From the human T2T-CHM13v2.0 reference genome, Homo sapiens, in NCBI RefSeq assembly GCF_009914755.1, contig NC_060947.1: 64,000 nucleotides of DNA; one strand, written 5' to 3'. The stretch's first letter is position 1; the number at the start of each line of letters is the position of its first letter. The notes under the pieces were generated by a model, which worked only from the letters and a program-made list of their open reading frames with translations, was not told where the DNA came from and made no database searches. Position numbers and translations under genes: made by a program. Shown in pieces: positions 1 through 13,696 of this stretch.

Positions 1-310
1 CATGGATTTTATTTTACATGTTACACATTAGTTATTTTTTGGAAAACTGGATAATCAATGGGTATTTTATTTTTTAAAATTTAATTATAGCTATCTTTTT
101 TAACTTTAGAAGTTAAATATTTTGTTACACCTTTTTTGTCTCTTCAGTAAACAAAATCAACTGCTGAAAAACTTTGTCAAAGCAATTGTTCACTTGAGAC
201 TGCTAGATTCAGAATATTACTGAGAAAAATCTTGTGCCTCTCTGTGGGTATTATCTAGGTTAAATTCTGGGAGCAGGCAAAATGACTTTCCATTCAGGAG
301 TGTGTTCTTG

Positions 311-311
311 T

Positions 312-345
<34 letters not shown>

Positions 346-634
346 TGTTTTTGTTTTGAGACAGAGTCTTACTTTATTGCCCAGGCTGCAGTGCAGTGGT
401 GCGATCTTGGCTCACTGCAACCTCTGCCTCCCAGGTTCAAGTCTCCTGCCTCAGCCTCCCGAGTAGCTAGGATTACAGGCATGTACCACCATGCCCAGCT
501 AATTTTTGTATTTTTAGTAGAAACGGGCTTTCGCATATTGGCCAGGCTGGTCTCGAACTCCTGACTTCAGGTGATCGGCCCACTTCGGCCTCCCAGAGTG
601 CTGGGATTACAGGCGTGAGCCACTGCTCCTGGCC
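311..634 (-). mobile_element. Alu SINE (AluS, Sx-like), full length, tail decayed to (TTTTG)n
   Basis: Reverse-complement Alu body ending ...gagccactgctcctggcc. 16-bp TSD caggagt(g/a)tgttcttg at 295-310 and 635-650. Confidence 0.97.
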
Positions 635-849
635 CAGGAGTATGTTCTTGTTAAGTGCCTTAATTTTCACCAGATAATGCCAAACCTTCCCTCAGCTATG
701 TGGAGCCTTAAAGGGCATGGTTCTGCATCTCAGTGACAAAACAGAGTAGCTGTGCTCCTGAAGCTCCGTTGTGACTAACTTTAATTTCACTGCCATTTTT
801 TATATCTATAAAAAGCCAGGCTGAGGAGCACAATGTTTATGTAAATGTG

Positions 850-1267
850 TAGTATAGTTTGCATGTTTGTCCCCTCCAAATCTCAAGTTGAAATGTGATC
901 CCCAATGTTGAACGTGGGGCCTGGTGAGTGGCCTTTGGGTCATGGGGGAAGTTCCCTCATGAATGGCTTGGTGCCCTCCCTACGGTACTGAGTGAGTCTC
1001 ACTCTGTTAGTTCACGTGAGAGCTGGTTGTTTAACAGAGTCTGGTACCACCCTCTTCTTGCTCTCTTCCTCTATCACCATGTGATGCGCTTGCTCCCCCT
1101 TCACTTTCCACCATGATTGGAAGCTTCCTGAGGTCCTCACCAGAAACAGATGCTGGTGCCATTCTTCTGATACAGCCTGCAGAACCGTGAGCCTATTAAA
1201 CCTCTTTTCTTTATAAATGACCCAGTCTCAGGTATTCCTTTGTAGCAATGCAAAACAGACTAATATA
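850..1267 (+). mobile_element. MaLR solo LTR, MSTB-like
   Basis: Begins tatagtttgcatgtttgtcccctccaaatctc. Ends gcctgcagaaccgtgagcc...attaaacctcttttctttataaat...gactaatata. Confidence 0.9.
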
Positions 1268-1328
1268 GTTTGTCTAAAGAAGTGTCTCCTAAATATATTT
1301 ATTTGACCAGGGAAACTTGAATGGAATG

Positions 1329-1364
1329 TCCTTCAGAAGCAACAATTTCCTTCAGAAGCAACAA
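1329..1364. repeat. 19-bp tandem duplication (tccttcagaagcaacaa x2)
   Basis: Direct repeat read from the sequence. Confidence 0.9.
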
Positions 1365-1384
1365 ACTAACATTGTTGTTATGTA

Positions 1385-1560
1385 TTATGTAACATTTATT
1401 GCTAATACTGATTCCAGACATTTTACACATATTATTTCATTTAGTCACCTCAAGACAACTAGATGAGGGAAGTAACATAACTATTTTATAATGTAAGAAA
1501 CTGTTTACCTAGAGTAATAAAGCTGGTGAGGGGGAGATGACATAAAACAGTGGCTATCTA
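1385..1560 (-). mobile_element. MIR relic
   Basis: aacatttatt...ttttacacatattatttcatttagtcacctc...attttataatgtaagaaactg resembles the MIR core. Confidence 0.55.
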
Positions 1561-1684
1561 ACTCTATAATGCATGGTCATCTAGTTGCCTTATTTCTAAC
1601 ATATTATGTCTGACTGCACCAAGGGTTATCAGAAAGTTTTACATTATATAATGTATAAGTAGAGTTGGTCAGAAAATCCCTGTG

Positions 1685-1687
<3 letters not shown>

Positions 1688-1732
<45 letters not shown>
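1688..1732. repeat. (TG)n microsatellite
   Basis: About 22 perfect TG units. Confidence 0.98.
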
Positions 1733-1734
<2 letters not shown>

Positions 1735-2534
1735 CCGCCCACAGGAAGTTTTGTCTGAAAGAAAAGCCAGAGAGTTCATTGAGTACACTAAATCACATGC
1801 TGTCTAGCCCTAAAATGGTCCTCTAGTGGTATTATAAGCCAGGAAAGTGCTGCTCTTTTCACCCCGCTACAATGTCTTTTGAACTAGCTTGAGTAATTTA
1901 AGAAAATCCTTTTCAAAATTATGCATATGTCCTCACCTCATTATTAAACTGAAGGGAACACTCAGCAATAGGAATGTTTTTTAAGGGCTGTTTTAAATCC
2001 ATGTGTTGTGGATGCAAACAAAACAAAACCAAAGAGAGATGTGATAGCATTTGCCCATCTTTCTTTTATTCCCTCATTCCAGTTCCTCCTGAAAACAGTA
2101 AAAATAACAGTATCAAATGGCAACAACAACAACACAAATAAAATAACAGATTTTGAATACTTCTTATATTCCAGGCCCTGTTCTATGCTCAAAGCCCCAA
2201 GGTAAGACACTCTTCCATCCTGACGTTCTTTCTCAGGTTGAACATGATTGGCGATGGATATGATGTAACAACCACCTTTTGGCTAGCTTAGGACTTCTCT
2301 TTTCCTGTAACCCCCTACCCTGTTTTGTTTGTTTGCATTCTTTTTGTTCTGCTTTGATTTCTTCTCATGGGGGTTATACTATCTGGGTCATTTTAATCAG
2401 AAATTCTTCATCTGAATAAAAATATAGCTTCAGTCATCAGGTTTGTTAGTAAAATTATTTACTTTTAGCACCAATCAATGGTTCTTCCTTATCCATATAT
2501 AATAAGTCATTTTACAAATACTAATGGTATTGGG

Positions 2535-2690
2535 TTAGATGGGTCTGAGTTTGAACCCTGATTCTATCAGTTACTTAAATGTAATCTTGGGTAAGCTACT
2601 TTATATCTCTGGGCAAGCTACTTTATATCTCTGGGCCTCACTTTTCTTATATGTAAAACTAGTGGATAACTTCATTTTAGAATTCTTAGG
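2535..2690 (+). mobile_element. MIR relic containing a 22-bp tandem duplication (2589-2632)
   Basis: gggtctgagtttgaaccctg...cttggg(t/c)aagctactttatatctct x2...gggcctcacttttcttatatgtaaaa. Confidence 0.75.
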
Positions 2691-3944
2691 ATTAGGAAGA
2701 TAATTATAATGTATGGCAATCAGTAGACACTAAATGAACAATAGGAATTGTTTTATATATGTATATATATATGTGTATATATATGTCACTCCTTTGTTTT
2801 AATCTCTTAAATTCATAAATACAACTTTAATTGATAGATGAATAATTTATTCCTTTATCAGAGATTTCTAATTATATATTAAATGATTTTGTCAAAACTT
2901 CATAATAGTTTATATAATGACTTTAAAAATAAGATTATAACCTAGTGCTAATTTAGGTTATAATTCTGAACCCCTACACAAAACCTCAACTAAATTGTAC
3001 TATCTTTGTTATTTCATATATCTCTCAATATTGTTGAATATGCTTGTTTGTAATAAACTAAAACGTCCAAAGTAAAATATATCTATAATATTTATGTGCC
3101 CATGTAGCTATCTTCTATTTAAAAAATCGTTGTGATTCAAAGTGAGTTTTTCTTTTCTGATTTTTTTTTTGCTCTTTTATAGTTTTATTTATATTGTTAC
3201 TTTTATTGATTTAGTTTGTTGTGATATTCAGAACCCCCATCCTATGGAAAAGAAAAGCCATCAATAGAGGATAAGTTTATTCACAAAATTGTCTCTATGG
3301 GGAATCCTGGGATCCAGTTTCTCAGCCAGGGCACATATTCACGTTCTCTTTTGTCCTTGAACACTTCAAGACTCTGAATATGACCTTGAATTGTGGAAGT
3401 GTCTTGTTTTCCATAGAACCAGAGTTATTTGGGCCAAGGAAAGAATGGTAGAAGCCAAAAGCTTGGCTTCAGGCACAAATAACTTGGTAACTATATTAGC
3501 AGTGTAAATGGCAGGCATTTCCAGTAAGTTACCAGTCAGTATTCCCAAGGGGGAAACGATAGTTCTCTTGGATAACTAAGGCTCCAGACAGAGCTATCCC
3601 CTGCCCTATATGTCTGTTGTTCATTACATTTTGGATTGAGTCCTTGAAGTCTTCTTTTTTCACTGAAATCCAACAACATGATTTATTGACTCTCATACTC
3701 TCAATATAATAATCACTGCTAAACTTTGAGTAATAGCCAATTCTGCATGTCTAAATGAGGGAGAATTAAGGGTTCTGTGGAATAATAATATATATTTTTT
3801 ATTACCCAGAGACAGTATCATCATGTTAAATTCATAACCACTTGGTCACACCTGGGTAAACTCTGAAGTCCACAACTCTCAACCAACCAGATTGATGACT
3901 CTGAAGACATATGATGGCTTACATATTAAAAGTATAAAGTCAAA

Positions 3945-4170
3945 ATGCATGGATCAAAAGTCAAGCTTCATACTAATTACAATATCTGTATCTGTGTGTC
4001 CTTGTAAAAAATATTTCACCTCTTCTGTTTCAATTTTCTAATCCATAAAAGAGCAATGAAAAAAATAAGTGACTTTCAGGAACACTATATAAAAATTGAT
4101 AATATATTTTCCAAGTGTATACAGCACTTGGAAAAGCACCAAGCACAGGATAAGCATTCAGGAAATGATT
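3945..4170 (+). mobile_element. MIR relic
   Basis: tgtgtgtccttg...tttcacctcttctgtttcaattttctaatccataaaa...agcacaggataagcattcaggaaatg. Confidence 0.5.
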
Positions 4171-6751
4171 GGGGTTGTTGTTGTTGCTGCTAGTACCCTA
4201 AAACAATCAAATAATCTAAATATCAGATAAGATTTGGCACTTTTCACAGACATCTGCATTTAATGATTAATTACATGACCACAATAATTCACTTCACTGT
4301 ATTTTAGGTTTTGTAATGTAGAAGACTTTATATTTTATCTATTTTCTCAATACTGCTCAGCAGAAAGCTTGCCACTTGAAACCTTCTTCACTTTTCCCTC
4401 CATTTTATTTTTATTATTTGATGAGTGACTGTCCTTTTGAGTCACCACCTCCTTCAGACCCCACTAGCCCACTACACAAAAATATCTACATAGTAACTAG
4501 ATTAAAGGTTCTCTTGGCTTTCAGTCTCATGGGAAAGAGCATACTAATTAGCTATTAAACACTGAGGGATTCATGGTATTTGAGGTGAAGAATATGTGAC
4601 CTTTGGGTTGCTAAATCTTTGGGGTTATGAGCAATTGTCACATATGCATAAAATGTTAATGGTCTTCATCATTTTCAGTGACCCAAACCACAACTATTAA
4701 ATAGGAATGTATTTGGAAAATGTTTGAAATATTTTGGCAAAAACTTGGTATCTATATATCTCAGAGATACTGTGTTCCAAAGAAACTACAAATGTTTGCA
4801 CTTTACTTTTACATTTTTTGTGCTTATGACTTCCTCTTATAGAGTTAGAGGCATTCATTTGACTTGGGAAAGATTAGGATTATTAGAACAGGAATTAAAT
4901 GAAATTAGGGATCAATGAGAAGCTTTAGAAATATAAAATCAACTTTCTGTGAGTTAGAAACATGATAATAATCTGAAAAGCCAGATTTTATCAATACAGA
5001 AAAGGATTTTCTAAATTTTCATAGGTTATAATAACATTGAGAGATGAACATGGAAGACTAGATCAGAGTTACCACATATTTTAAAGGGGATGGACTTTTG
5101 CCTTACAGAGCTGTGAATTTTAGTTTCTATAGGGAAGAAGAAAGATATAATCTAGAGAAGTCTATGTAAGAAAAGAAGTGGTAAGTCTACTCTTCTTTCT
5201 CAGTGGTTTGTGAGAAGTGGAAGAGAGAGGTAGTAGAAAAAGATTAGGCACAGCTGTTTTCAGTCCATTAACAGTTGGGCTGAAACAGGGAAGGGGGAAC
5301 TTCAGAAATACCAAGATAAGTATCAGAGATCTTGAAAACAACAGGGATATTAGAGGTATAGTTCCTGAATAAAGCTGTAGGAACCTGAAAGCCTGGAAAT
5401 GGCTAAAAAGCCTCTCTCTAGATTAAATCCAACAACCTTCAGTGACAGCATAGTGGTGGCAAAGGGAGATGGCTACATAAATGGGCATGAAGCTGCTTGT
5501 CTCTGAAATAACCTTGGTTTCCCAGTCAATGTGTGTGACAGTGACCTACTGAGAAGATTCAGAGGTGCTTGAGGGCCAGTGTACCCAAAGGTAGACAAAG
5601 AGGCTGCAATATAGAGATACGATGGTTGGTATCATGGATTTTGGATGGCAGTTCCTTTATTGCTAACAAACAGCATCCTGATTCTAACGGAGAGGTGAGC
5701 AAGAGGGCAATTAAGTGAATGTGAGTACACCATCAGCCTTTCTTTACCTGGTCAAGTGAACTGTCCATGAACTAAGAAGATACGTGACCCAAGTAGGAAC
5801 CCACAAAATAGGGGCAATCAAAACCTTCCTTGAGATTTTGTACTGGAGACTGATCATGAAGCTCTTACTATGTAATCTAGAAAAATATTGCCCTCTAATA
5901 TTTTTAACCTGGTTCAAATTAGGTTTCTTTCTTTGCAATCAAGGAGTTTTCTGCATTATTGTATTTGAATGAATACTACTGTACAGAATTTTGATACAAG
6001 GGAAGGGAAAATAATTTTCAATCTAATTATCCGCCTCTTAGATTGGTACTAGTTGAGAAGTGATATAGACAATGATTTATTGTCTAATTTGCTTTATTTT
6101 TGAGAAGGTAGTGTATGAAAACCTCAAGAAAGGAGTCATAATCTTATTTCTTAACTGGATCCCCATCAGCAGCTAAAAGACTGTGGCACTAGAGGGTAAT
6201 AAATCAACTTAATATGGTATTGACTAATGGTTTTGTAATTTTCAAAGTGCCTGTACTGTCCTAAATCTTGTTAGGTTTTTACACTGCATTGATATGATTT
6301 CTTTTGTATAAAGGAATATGCTCAGAACTTATTGGTGACCTTCCAATTTCATTTTTCTGCTAACCTGAAACCATAGCAACCTGTGGATGGTGCATTTATT
6401 TTTTTCAATGTTAAAGGGATCTCAGTCTTCTTAGACTAGTCTTTTAGACAAAAATCACCCTTACTACAGATATATGAGGGGCATATTGTCCCAAAACTAG
6501 AAATAGATTCCAAATATATTATTTCATTTGCATTAATACCACCTAAATTTAAGTGGTTAAAATGTATAAAAAGCTGATTTTTAAAATTCGTTTTTTAAAC
6601 AGTTTTCAGAATATGTCTGACAAAACTAATTCACAGCATGTTTTTTACTGTTAAAGCAGGAAAATTAAGACTAAGCAACTAAATTCTCTAGCATGGGTCA
6701 TGATCCAGTTTAACTAAAATCTGAACCAGAGGATATTTTATGTAGATCATA

Positions 6752-7079
6752 CGAAGGGTCTTCAATAAGCTCATGAAAATGCACATTATGGAAAAACTAT
6801 ACATGGATTTCAAAATTTGTTTGCACCAAAATAAGCTTGTACTAACTTCTTAGAACATGTCTGAATAGGATCTAGTTTGAGGCACTAAGAAAGACAAGAC
6901 ATTAGTTTGAAAACAGCCTTTACCACAGCAACATGAATTTTGCAAAAACTGAAGCAAAAACAAACATCGAATTTACGGTGAAGCTAGGGTGGAAGAATGA
7001 TGGAATCATCGATGCTTTATACAAAGTTTACGGAGACAATGCCTCCAAGATATCAGCAATATACAGATGGGTAACTCTC
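6752..7079 (+). mobile_element. HSMAR2 mariner DNA transposon, 5' part only (left TIR plus transposase N-terminus)
   Basis: TA followed by the TIR cgaagggtcttcaataagctcatg. The ATG at 6933 reads MNFAKTEAKTNIEFTVKLGWKNDGIIDALYKVYGDNASKISAIYRWVT, matching the Hsmar2 transposase N-terminus. Confidence 0.93.
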
Positions 7080-7099
7080 ACTTTTTTCATTTAAGCTAA

Positions 7100-7690
7100 T
7101 TTCTTTTTTACTTTTTATTAATTTCAACTTTTAGATACAGAGAATACATGTGCAGGTTTTTTATATGGGAATATTTTGTGATGCTGAGGTTTGGGATATG
7201 GATCGCATCACCCAGATAGTGAGCCTAGTACCCAATAGGTAGTTTTTAAACCTATAGCTGTTCCCTCCCTCCCTCCCCCATCTAGTAGTACACAGTGTCT
7301 ATCGTTTCCATGTTTATGTCCACACGTGCTCAGTGTTTAACTCCCAGTTATAAGTGAGAATATGTGGTATTTGGTTTTTTCTTCCTGTGCTAATTCACTT
7401 AGGATTATGGCCTCCAGCTGCATCCATGTTGCTGCAAAGGACATTATTTCATTCTTTTTTATGGCTGCATAGTATTCCATGGTGTATATGTATCATATTC
7501 CATTTATCCAGTCTACCGTTGGTGGGCACCTGGGTTGATTCCATGTCTTTGCTCTTGTGATGAACGTACAGGTGCATGTGTCTTTTTGGTAGAATGATTT
7601 ATTTTCCTTTGGGTATATACCCAGTAATGGGATTGCTGGATTGAATGGTAACTCTGTTTTAAGTTCTTTGAGAAATATCCTGACTGCTTT
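7100..7690 (-). mobile_element. L1 3' end (L1PA15/16-like), ORF2 tail and 3'UTR
   Basis: Poly-T, then acatgtgcaggt..., cccagttataagtgagaatatgtgg and gggtatatacccagtaatgggattgctgg. Confidence 0.92.
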
Positions 7691-7692
7691 CT

Positions 7693-8268
7693 CTTAAAGA
7701 GAAAGAAATAAAAGGTATTCAAACAGGAAGAGAGGAAGTCAAACTATTCTTGTTTTCAGATGACATGATCTTATATCTAGAAAACCCCATCATCCCAGCG
7801 CAAAAGCTTCTTAAGCTGATAAGCAACTTCAGCAAAGTCCCAGGATAAAAAATCAATGTGCAATAATCGCTAGCATTCCTATACATCAACAATGGTTAAG
7901 CCCAGCTAGTATTCCTATACACCAACAACAGTCAAGCCAAGAGCCAAATCACAAATGAATTCCCATTAACAATTGCCACAAAAAGAATAAAATACCTAGG
8001 AATATAGCTAACAAAGGAAGTGAAAGATCTCTACAAGGCGAACTGAAAACTACTGCTCAAAGAAATCAGAGATGACACAAACAAATGGAAAAACATTCCA
8101 TGATCATGGATAGGAAGAATCAATATCGTTAAAATGGCCACACTGTCCAAAGTAATTTATAGATTCAATGCTATTCGCATTAAACTACCATTGACATTTT
8201 TCATAGAAGTATAAAAAAAACTATTTTAAAATTCATATGGAACCAAAAAAGAGACCCAATAGCCAAGG
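7693..8268 (+). mobile_element. L1 ORF2 RT fragment, inverted relative to the adjacent L1 3' end
   Basis: gaagtcaaactattcttgttttcagatgacatgatc encodes the LFxDDMI RT motif. tggataggaagaatcaatatcgttaaaatggcc is also L1 ORF2. Confidence 0.92.
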
Positions 8269-10757
8269 TGAGGTCCTTCTTGCAATATATTTTCTTGGAG
8301 TTCTTTGAGCCTCTTGTACTTGGATGTCTTGATCTCTTGCTAGACTAGTGAAGTTTTCCTAAATTACTTCCTATCATAGATTTTTCAGACATTTTCTTTT
8401 ATCTTTTCCCTCGAGAATACCTACTATTCATAGGTTTGGATGATTTATGTAGTCCCATGCTTTTGGAAGGCTTTGCTCATTTTTAAAAATCATTTTTGTT
8501 TGCTTTTGTCTGACTGGGTTAATTCAAAAGACCTGTCTTCAGGTTCTGAGATTCCTTTCTTCTGCTTGGTCCAGTCTATTTCTGAAGTTTTCAATTCTAT
8601 TTTGTAATTCCTTCAATGCATTGTATATTTCCAGAAGTTCTGTTTAGTTTTCTTTTTTTAAATAACTGTCTCTTTGGTATCTATCATATCCTGGATTGAT
8701 TTTCTGATTTCTTTGTATTGGCTTTCACCTTTTGTGTGAATCTCACTGAACTTCTTTAAGATTCATATTTTGAAATCTTTATGTGGTATTTCAAATACTT
8801 CATTCTGGTTAGTATCTATTGCTGGAGGGTTAGTAAAAATCCTTTGGGGCTCTTGCAACACACTGTTTTTTCATACTTCCAAAATTGCTATGTTGGCTCC
8901 TTCTCATCTGGAGAAACTTCACTTCTTATTTTTGAATTTACTTTCATTTAAACTAGCCTTTTAAAAAATTTTCCCTTGATGTGAACATAATGTGTGGTTA
9001 GGGGCATTTAGCTTTGCTTTCTGGGTCCTAGCAGTGACAAAAGCTCTCTATGAATTGCTTGGTTATACATAGCCTTAGTGTGGTGACTTTCTCAAATGCT
9101 GGTTGTAGTAATGATGTACTGGGCATTTGAGCAGGCTCACAGTCTCCTGTACAGCTGAGATGGCGGTGATCTTAAGACACTTATCTTGTTCCCAAGTGCT
9201 GTGCACTTGTGTTGGCAGATTTTGGATGGGGTTGTGTAGTTCAACCTTTAGGCAGTAGGTTGCAAATGCAGGTACGAGCTGGCTGCGGTGGTAGCAGAAG
9301 AATTTATGCTCCATCTTAGTTACCAGGAAAGGCTCTCTGGTTCCTCAAGCAGTGGGCTCATCTGTAAAATGCCTAGTGGCCTGGCATCCAATATCAGCCC
9401 TGGAGAAAGGGCAAAGTTTGGTGGAGTTGGGCCGGGCAGGCCTGCCTTTAGGTCTCCCAACGGCAGGCACAATCACCAGCCCTGGTGGGAGTGGTAGAGC
9501 TTGGCGTAAACTCTTTATTAATTTCCTTGGTTATAAATAGCCTTAGTGTGGTGGCTTTCTCAAATACAAGTTGTAGTAGTAATATACTGGCTGGGTGAGT
9601 GGGCTCAGGGCCTTCTGAGTAGCTGGAGTGGTGCCAGAAATGGTGAGACCAGGGGTTGTGCAAAGCTTGTCTCCTTCCCAAATGCTGCGCAATTGTGTCA
9701 GCAGATATTGTAATTGTCTGTGGGTGGCTCTTGCAGGTGAGAGCCAGCTGTGTTGGTGGCAGCAAAGCCTATGTTTAACCTTTGTTAATTAGAAGTACTC
9801 TAATGTCCCAGGAGATGTGTTGGGCCATGAAACTCCCAGGGGTCCTGGTCCCCTGCTATGCCTCTGAGGTGAGTGGAGAGGGGCAAAGCTGGGTGGGAGT
9901 TGGCCAGAGAGGTCTGTGCCTGGGCTCCCCAACTGCAGAGGCAAGCGCCAGCCTCAACAGGGAACAGAAGGCCTCTGGAACATCACTCCAGGGAGGAGTG
10001 GAGAAATCTCTGCTGTGCCAAAGAGCCAGCACAAGGAATGAAAGGCAATTTGGCAGCTTAGCAGGTGGTAGTGAGACCTGCCTTGCTTCCCTGCTTTCCA
10101 CCTGGCAGAGCTCCCCGCTGCAGCCTGCTGCTTGCAATAAGCTTAAACAATCAGCCATTTCCCAAGCAGACTGTTCTCAGTTCAAGAAACTGCCCCAGGC
10201 CGGACACTCTCACCTCTTAGTTCTGGCTGTGTGGGCTCCTCCTCCATTCAAGACTAGGTCACAAATCTCAGTCCAGAGAACTTCCCAGCCAGTAACTGCT
10301 GCCTGTGCTTGTTGTCAGCTTTTAGCACAGACGCCTATGAGTTAGAATCTGAAATGGCTGCCTTCTGTCTATGGTGCTTGGGTCTGGCATGAAACACATT
10401 TTTCTGCTGATGCTCCTTCTCTGGGTCTCCCCTCTGCTTCCCACGTCAGATCCAATACTTGGTGAGGTCAAGGAGCTACCCCATGGCCTGGATTTCCTGA
10501 CTCCTCAGTGGGAATGCATATCACAGAGACACTCTCCTCCTTTCATACAGTGGGGACTCGCTCACAATTTTCTGCTAAACCTGCAGAGCAGGCTGCTGCC
10601 CACTATATTCTTTAAAGTACTTATTGTTTTTTCACTTTTATGTTAAGCCCCTGTGTTCCTCCTTGGATAAATGTTCACAGTGTGAATCTCTATACATTAT
10701 TTTGCTATTTCCAAGTGGGTGAGGTGTGCAAATAAAGCCTCTAATCTGCCATTTTTG
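8269..10757 (-). mobile_element. Older L1 (L1M1/L1MA-type) 5'UTR and ORF1 portion
   Basis: Antisense ORF1-like sequence (ttcaaaagacctgtcttcaggttctgagattc), a GC-richer 5'UTR and a terminal ctgccatttt resembling the aagatggc start of L1. Confidence 0.8.
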
Positions 10758-11129
10758 AGAAAGACAAAAAAACCACCTTATCTTTTGAGTTGAGCTCACA
10801 CTGTTCTCATATTGTCCCCCAGAAAATAATTGAGCAAGTAGCTGTGATGCCTATGTCACCCACCTCCATTTTAACCTTGGCCTTCTCTCAGCTCATATCT
10901 ATTGCTTTATAAGAGTTCTTGAATGACCAGCTGAAAGGTGAAGAAAAAACCTAAGCTTGGTCTGCTGATGTCAGTTCAGAATATGGGACAATTCTAGAAA
11001 GGAATAATGGCTGTATTATAGGCACTTTCAGGAATTTCCTTGAAAAAGTGGGGAGGGAAAATATTTCATAATGGGTGGAGCTGAGAGCAATACACTAGGT
11101 CATCTACTTCATTTAAAATAAGAAGTGGC

Positions 11130-11855
<726 letters not shown>

Positions 11856-13696
11856 TTAAGGTTGTAGAAACAGAAAGTTCGAGTGATGGGAAATAAGAAA
11901 GTCTGGAATAAGGCATGTGGATGGACACAAGAATAGTAACTAATTGAGAATATATTTGAATCATATGTTAATACCTTCCAGAAAGCATCCTTTGCTGAAG
12001 AACCACTAAAGAACCAAACAGACAAACTGACTTGTCTGGTTGATTTTAACTAACCTTCAACATGGGCCACCCCAGAACTGGGATGATAGGCACATGAATG
12101 GAGTGTCATGGTGGCAGAGATGGAGGGTAACATGGGTTTGACACATGGTCTCCTGACTTATCAAGACTAATCTAGCTATTGCTGCCTCTGAATGCTAGCA
12201 AGAGAAGCCAATACTGAGTCTTTTGTGGAGATCGTTCTATCTTGGAAGACAAGTTGCTTATTTCTTCAGGTATAAATATCTATTCTGGGTATGGATTTTT
12301 ATTTCTTGCCCAAAGTGTCAGCCACCACCATTATTGATAGCCATCAAATGATTATTTAGATATATATTTAGTAATATAACAAGGCAGTATGACAAAAAGA
12401 GTATGAAATTCCATCATCATTTAACTATATATGTATGTATATGGAAAAATTATCCCAAATTGATTACAGTGATGATATGCATGGTTGTATTTATATTTAT
12501 TTTTCTTTTATTTTTCCCTTATGCTACAGGCTAATTTTTCTATAAGAAAATGAAATATTCTATAATAAATGTTGTAAATGTGAAACAAATTAATATTATA
12601 AAACATCATTAGTCCCTAGTTGAACAGAGAATCAGTGTATGCCATCAGAATAGTTTTCCTACGTATCATCTCCTGTAATTACTCATCTTATTCTTCAAAT
12701 AAAGTTCTATTTTTTGTAGAGTAAATCTCCACACTGACCAGACTTATTTCTCTTAGAGCATGTTGGATGTCATTTTTACATTTTCATCCTAAATTGTAGT
12801 TCTGGGTCCATTTAAATGATTATAACTAAGTAAATGGGCAAGTGCCAAAGTTTATGGTTTCTTCCCAAATTTTCTCTCACAGAATTGCTACACTATTATA
12901 TGAAAATTCACTTTGCTTAAAAATATAGTTTATATATAAGTTTACCTTCTCCCTGTCTTTTTCACAAAAGAAAGAACTGATGAAAAATATATAATAATTT
13001 TATCAATTGTATATAAAGTAAGCAATGGTCCTCAATGTGCCAGCAAGCATATGTCCCTCTGGATCCATAGAATGCCAAATAGCTGTGATTCTCTGTGAAT
13101 ATTATCTGAAGGAATATTCAAAAGTCTCCTTGGGGACAAAATAATATAGGATATGAAATACTTGTTAATTTGTGTTTATTGTCATGAGTGTAGTAAACCA
13201 AATGAAAATGTCTGATTTAGCAGCTAATTGACTAACCAAACATGTTTACTAAACTATATCCAATAAGATTCATATTTATTCTTCACTCATATATTATTAC
13301 AAAGAAAGAGATTAATAGCCTATTTATACCTACAAGTTCAAGGCTCAGCTACAACTCATAGCTAAAATTGTATGCCTTCCATGATTTTACAATCTATCAT
13401 TTTAATGTTTTTTCTTTCCTTTATTAAGTTCTTTTTAAAAATAGAAAATTAAAATAAGCACACAAAAATCATACTTACATTAAATAGATATAATCATACT
13501 TATATCTTAAACTTTGCAAGATTGTGGTGTAAAGATGTAGATGGTTTTTATAAGAAGAAAAATGGACAAATTCCCAATTTTTAGGTATATCAGGACTTAT
13601 TTGATAAATATTTTCTCATTAAAATGAATATATTTAATATATTGTATTAAGATGTCAATATTAACACAACATATACTGTTTAAAGTATTTGGTTGT

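Noticed and set aside
310-670. Alu-overlapping ORFs here and near 11.3, 15.0, 23.8, 27.1, 27.8, 31.9, 45.0, 47.8, 48.1 and 63.5 kb
   Set aside because: They are translations of Alu sequence ([11 protein letters not shown] and [12 protein letters not shown] types), not genes.
2201-2290. Donor (aag|gtaaga) and acceptor (tttctcag|g) followed by MIGDGYDVTTTF
   Set aside because: The implied intron is only ~35 nt, the frame closes quickly, and I do not recognise the peptide.
6184-6200. gcactagagggtaat, a CTCF-like string
   Set aside because: It mismatches key core positions and is too weak without data.
9782-10345. Longest ORF (187 aa)
   Set aside because: It has a TTG start, lies antisense in a GC-richer L1 5'UTR, and shows no recognisable domain or ORF0 similarity.
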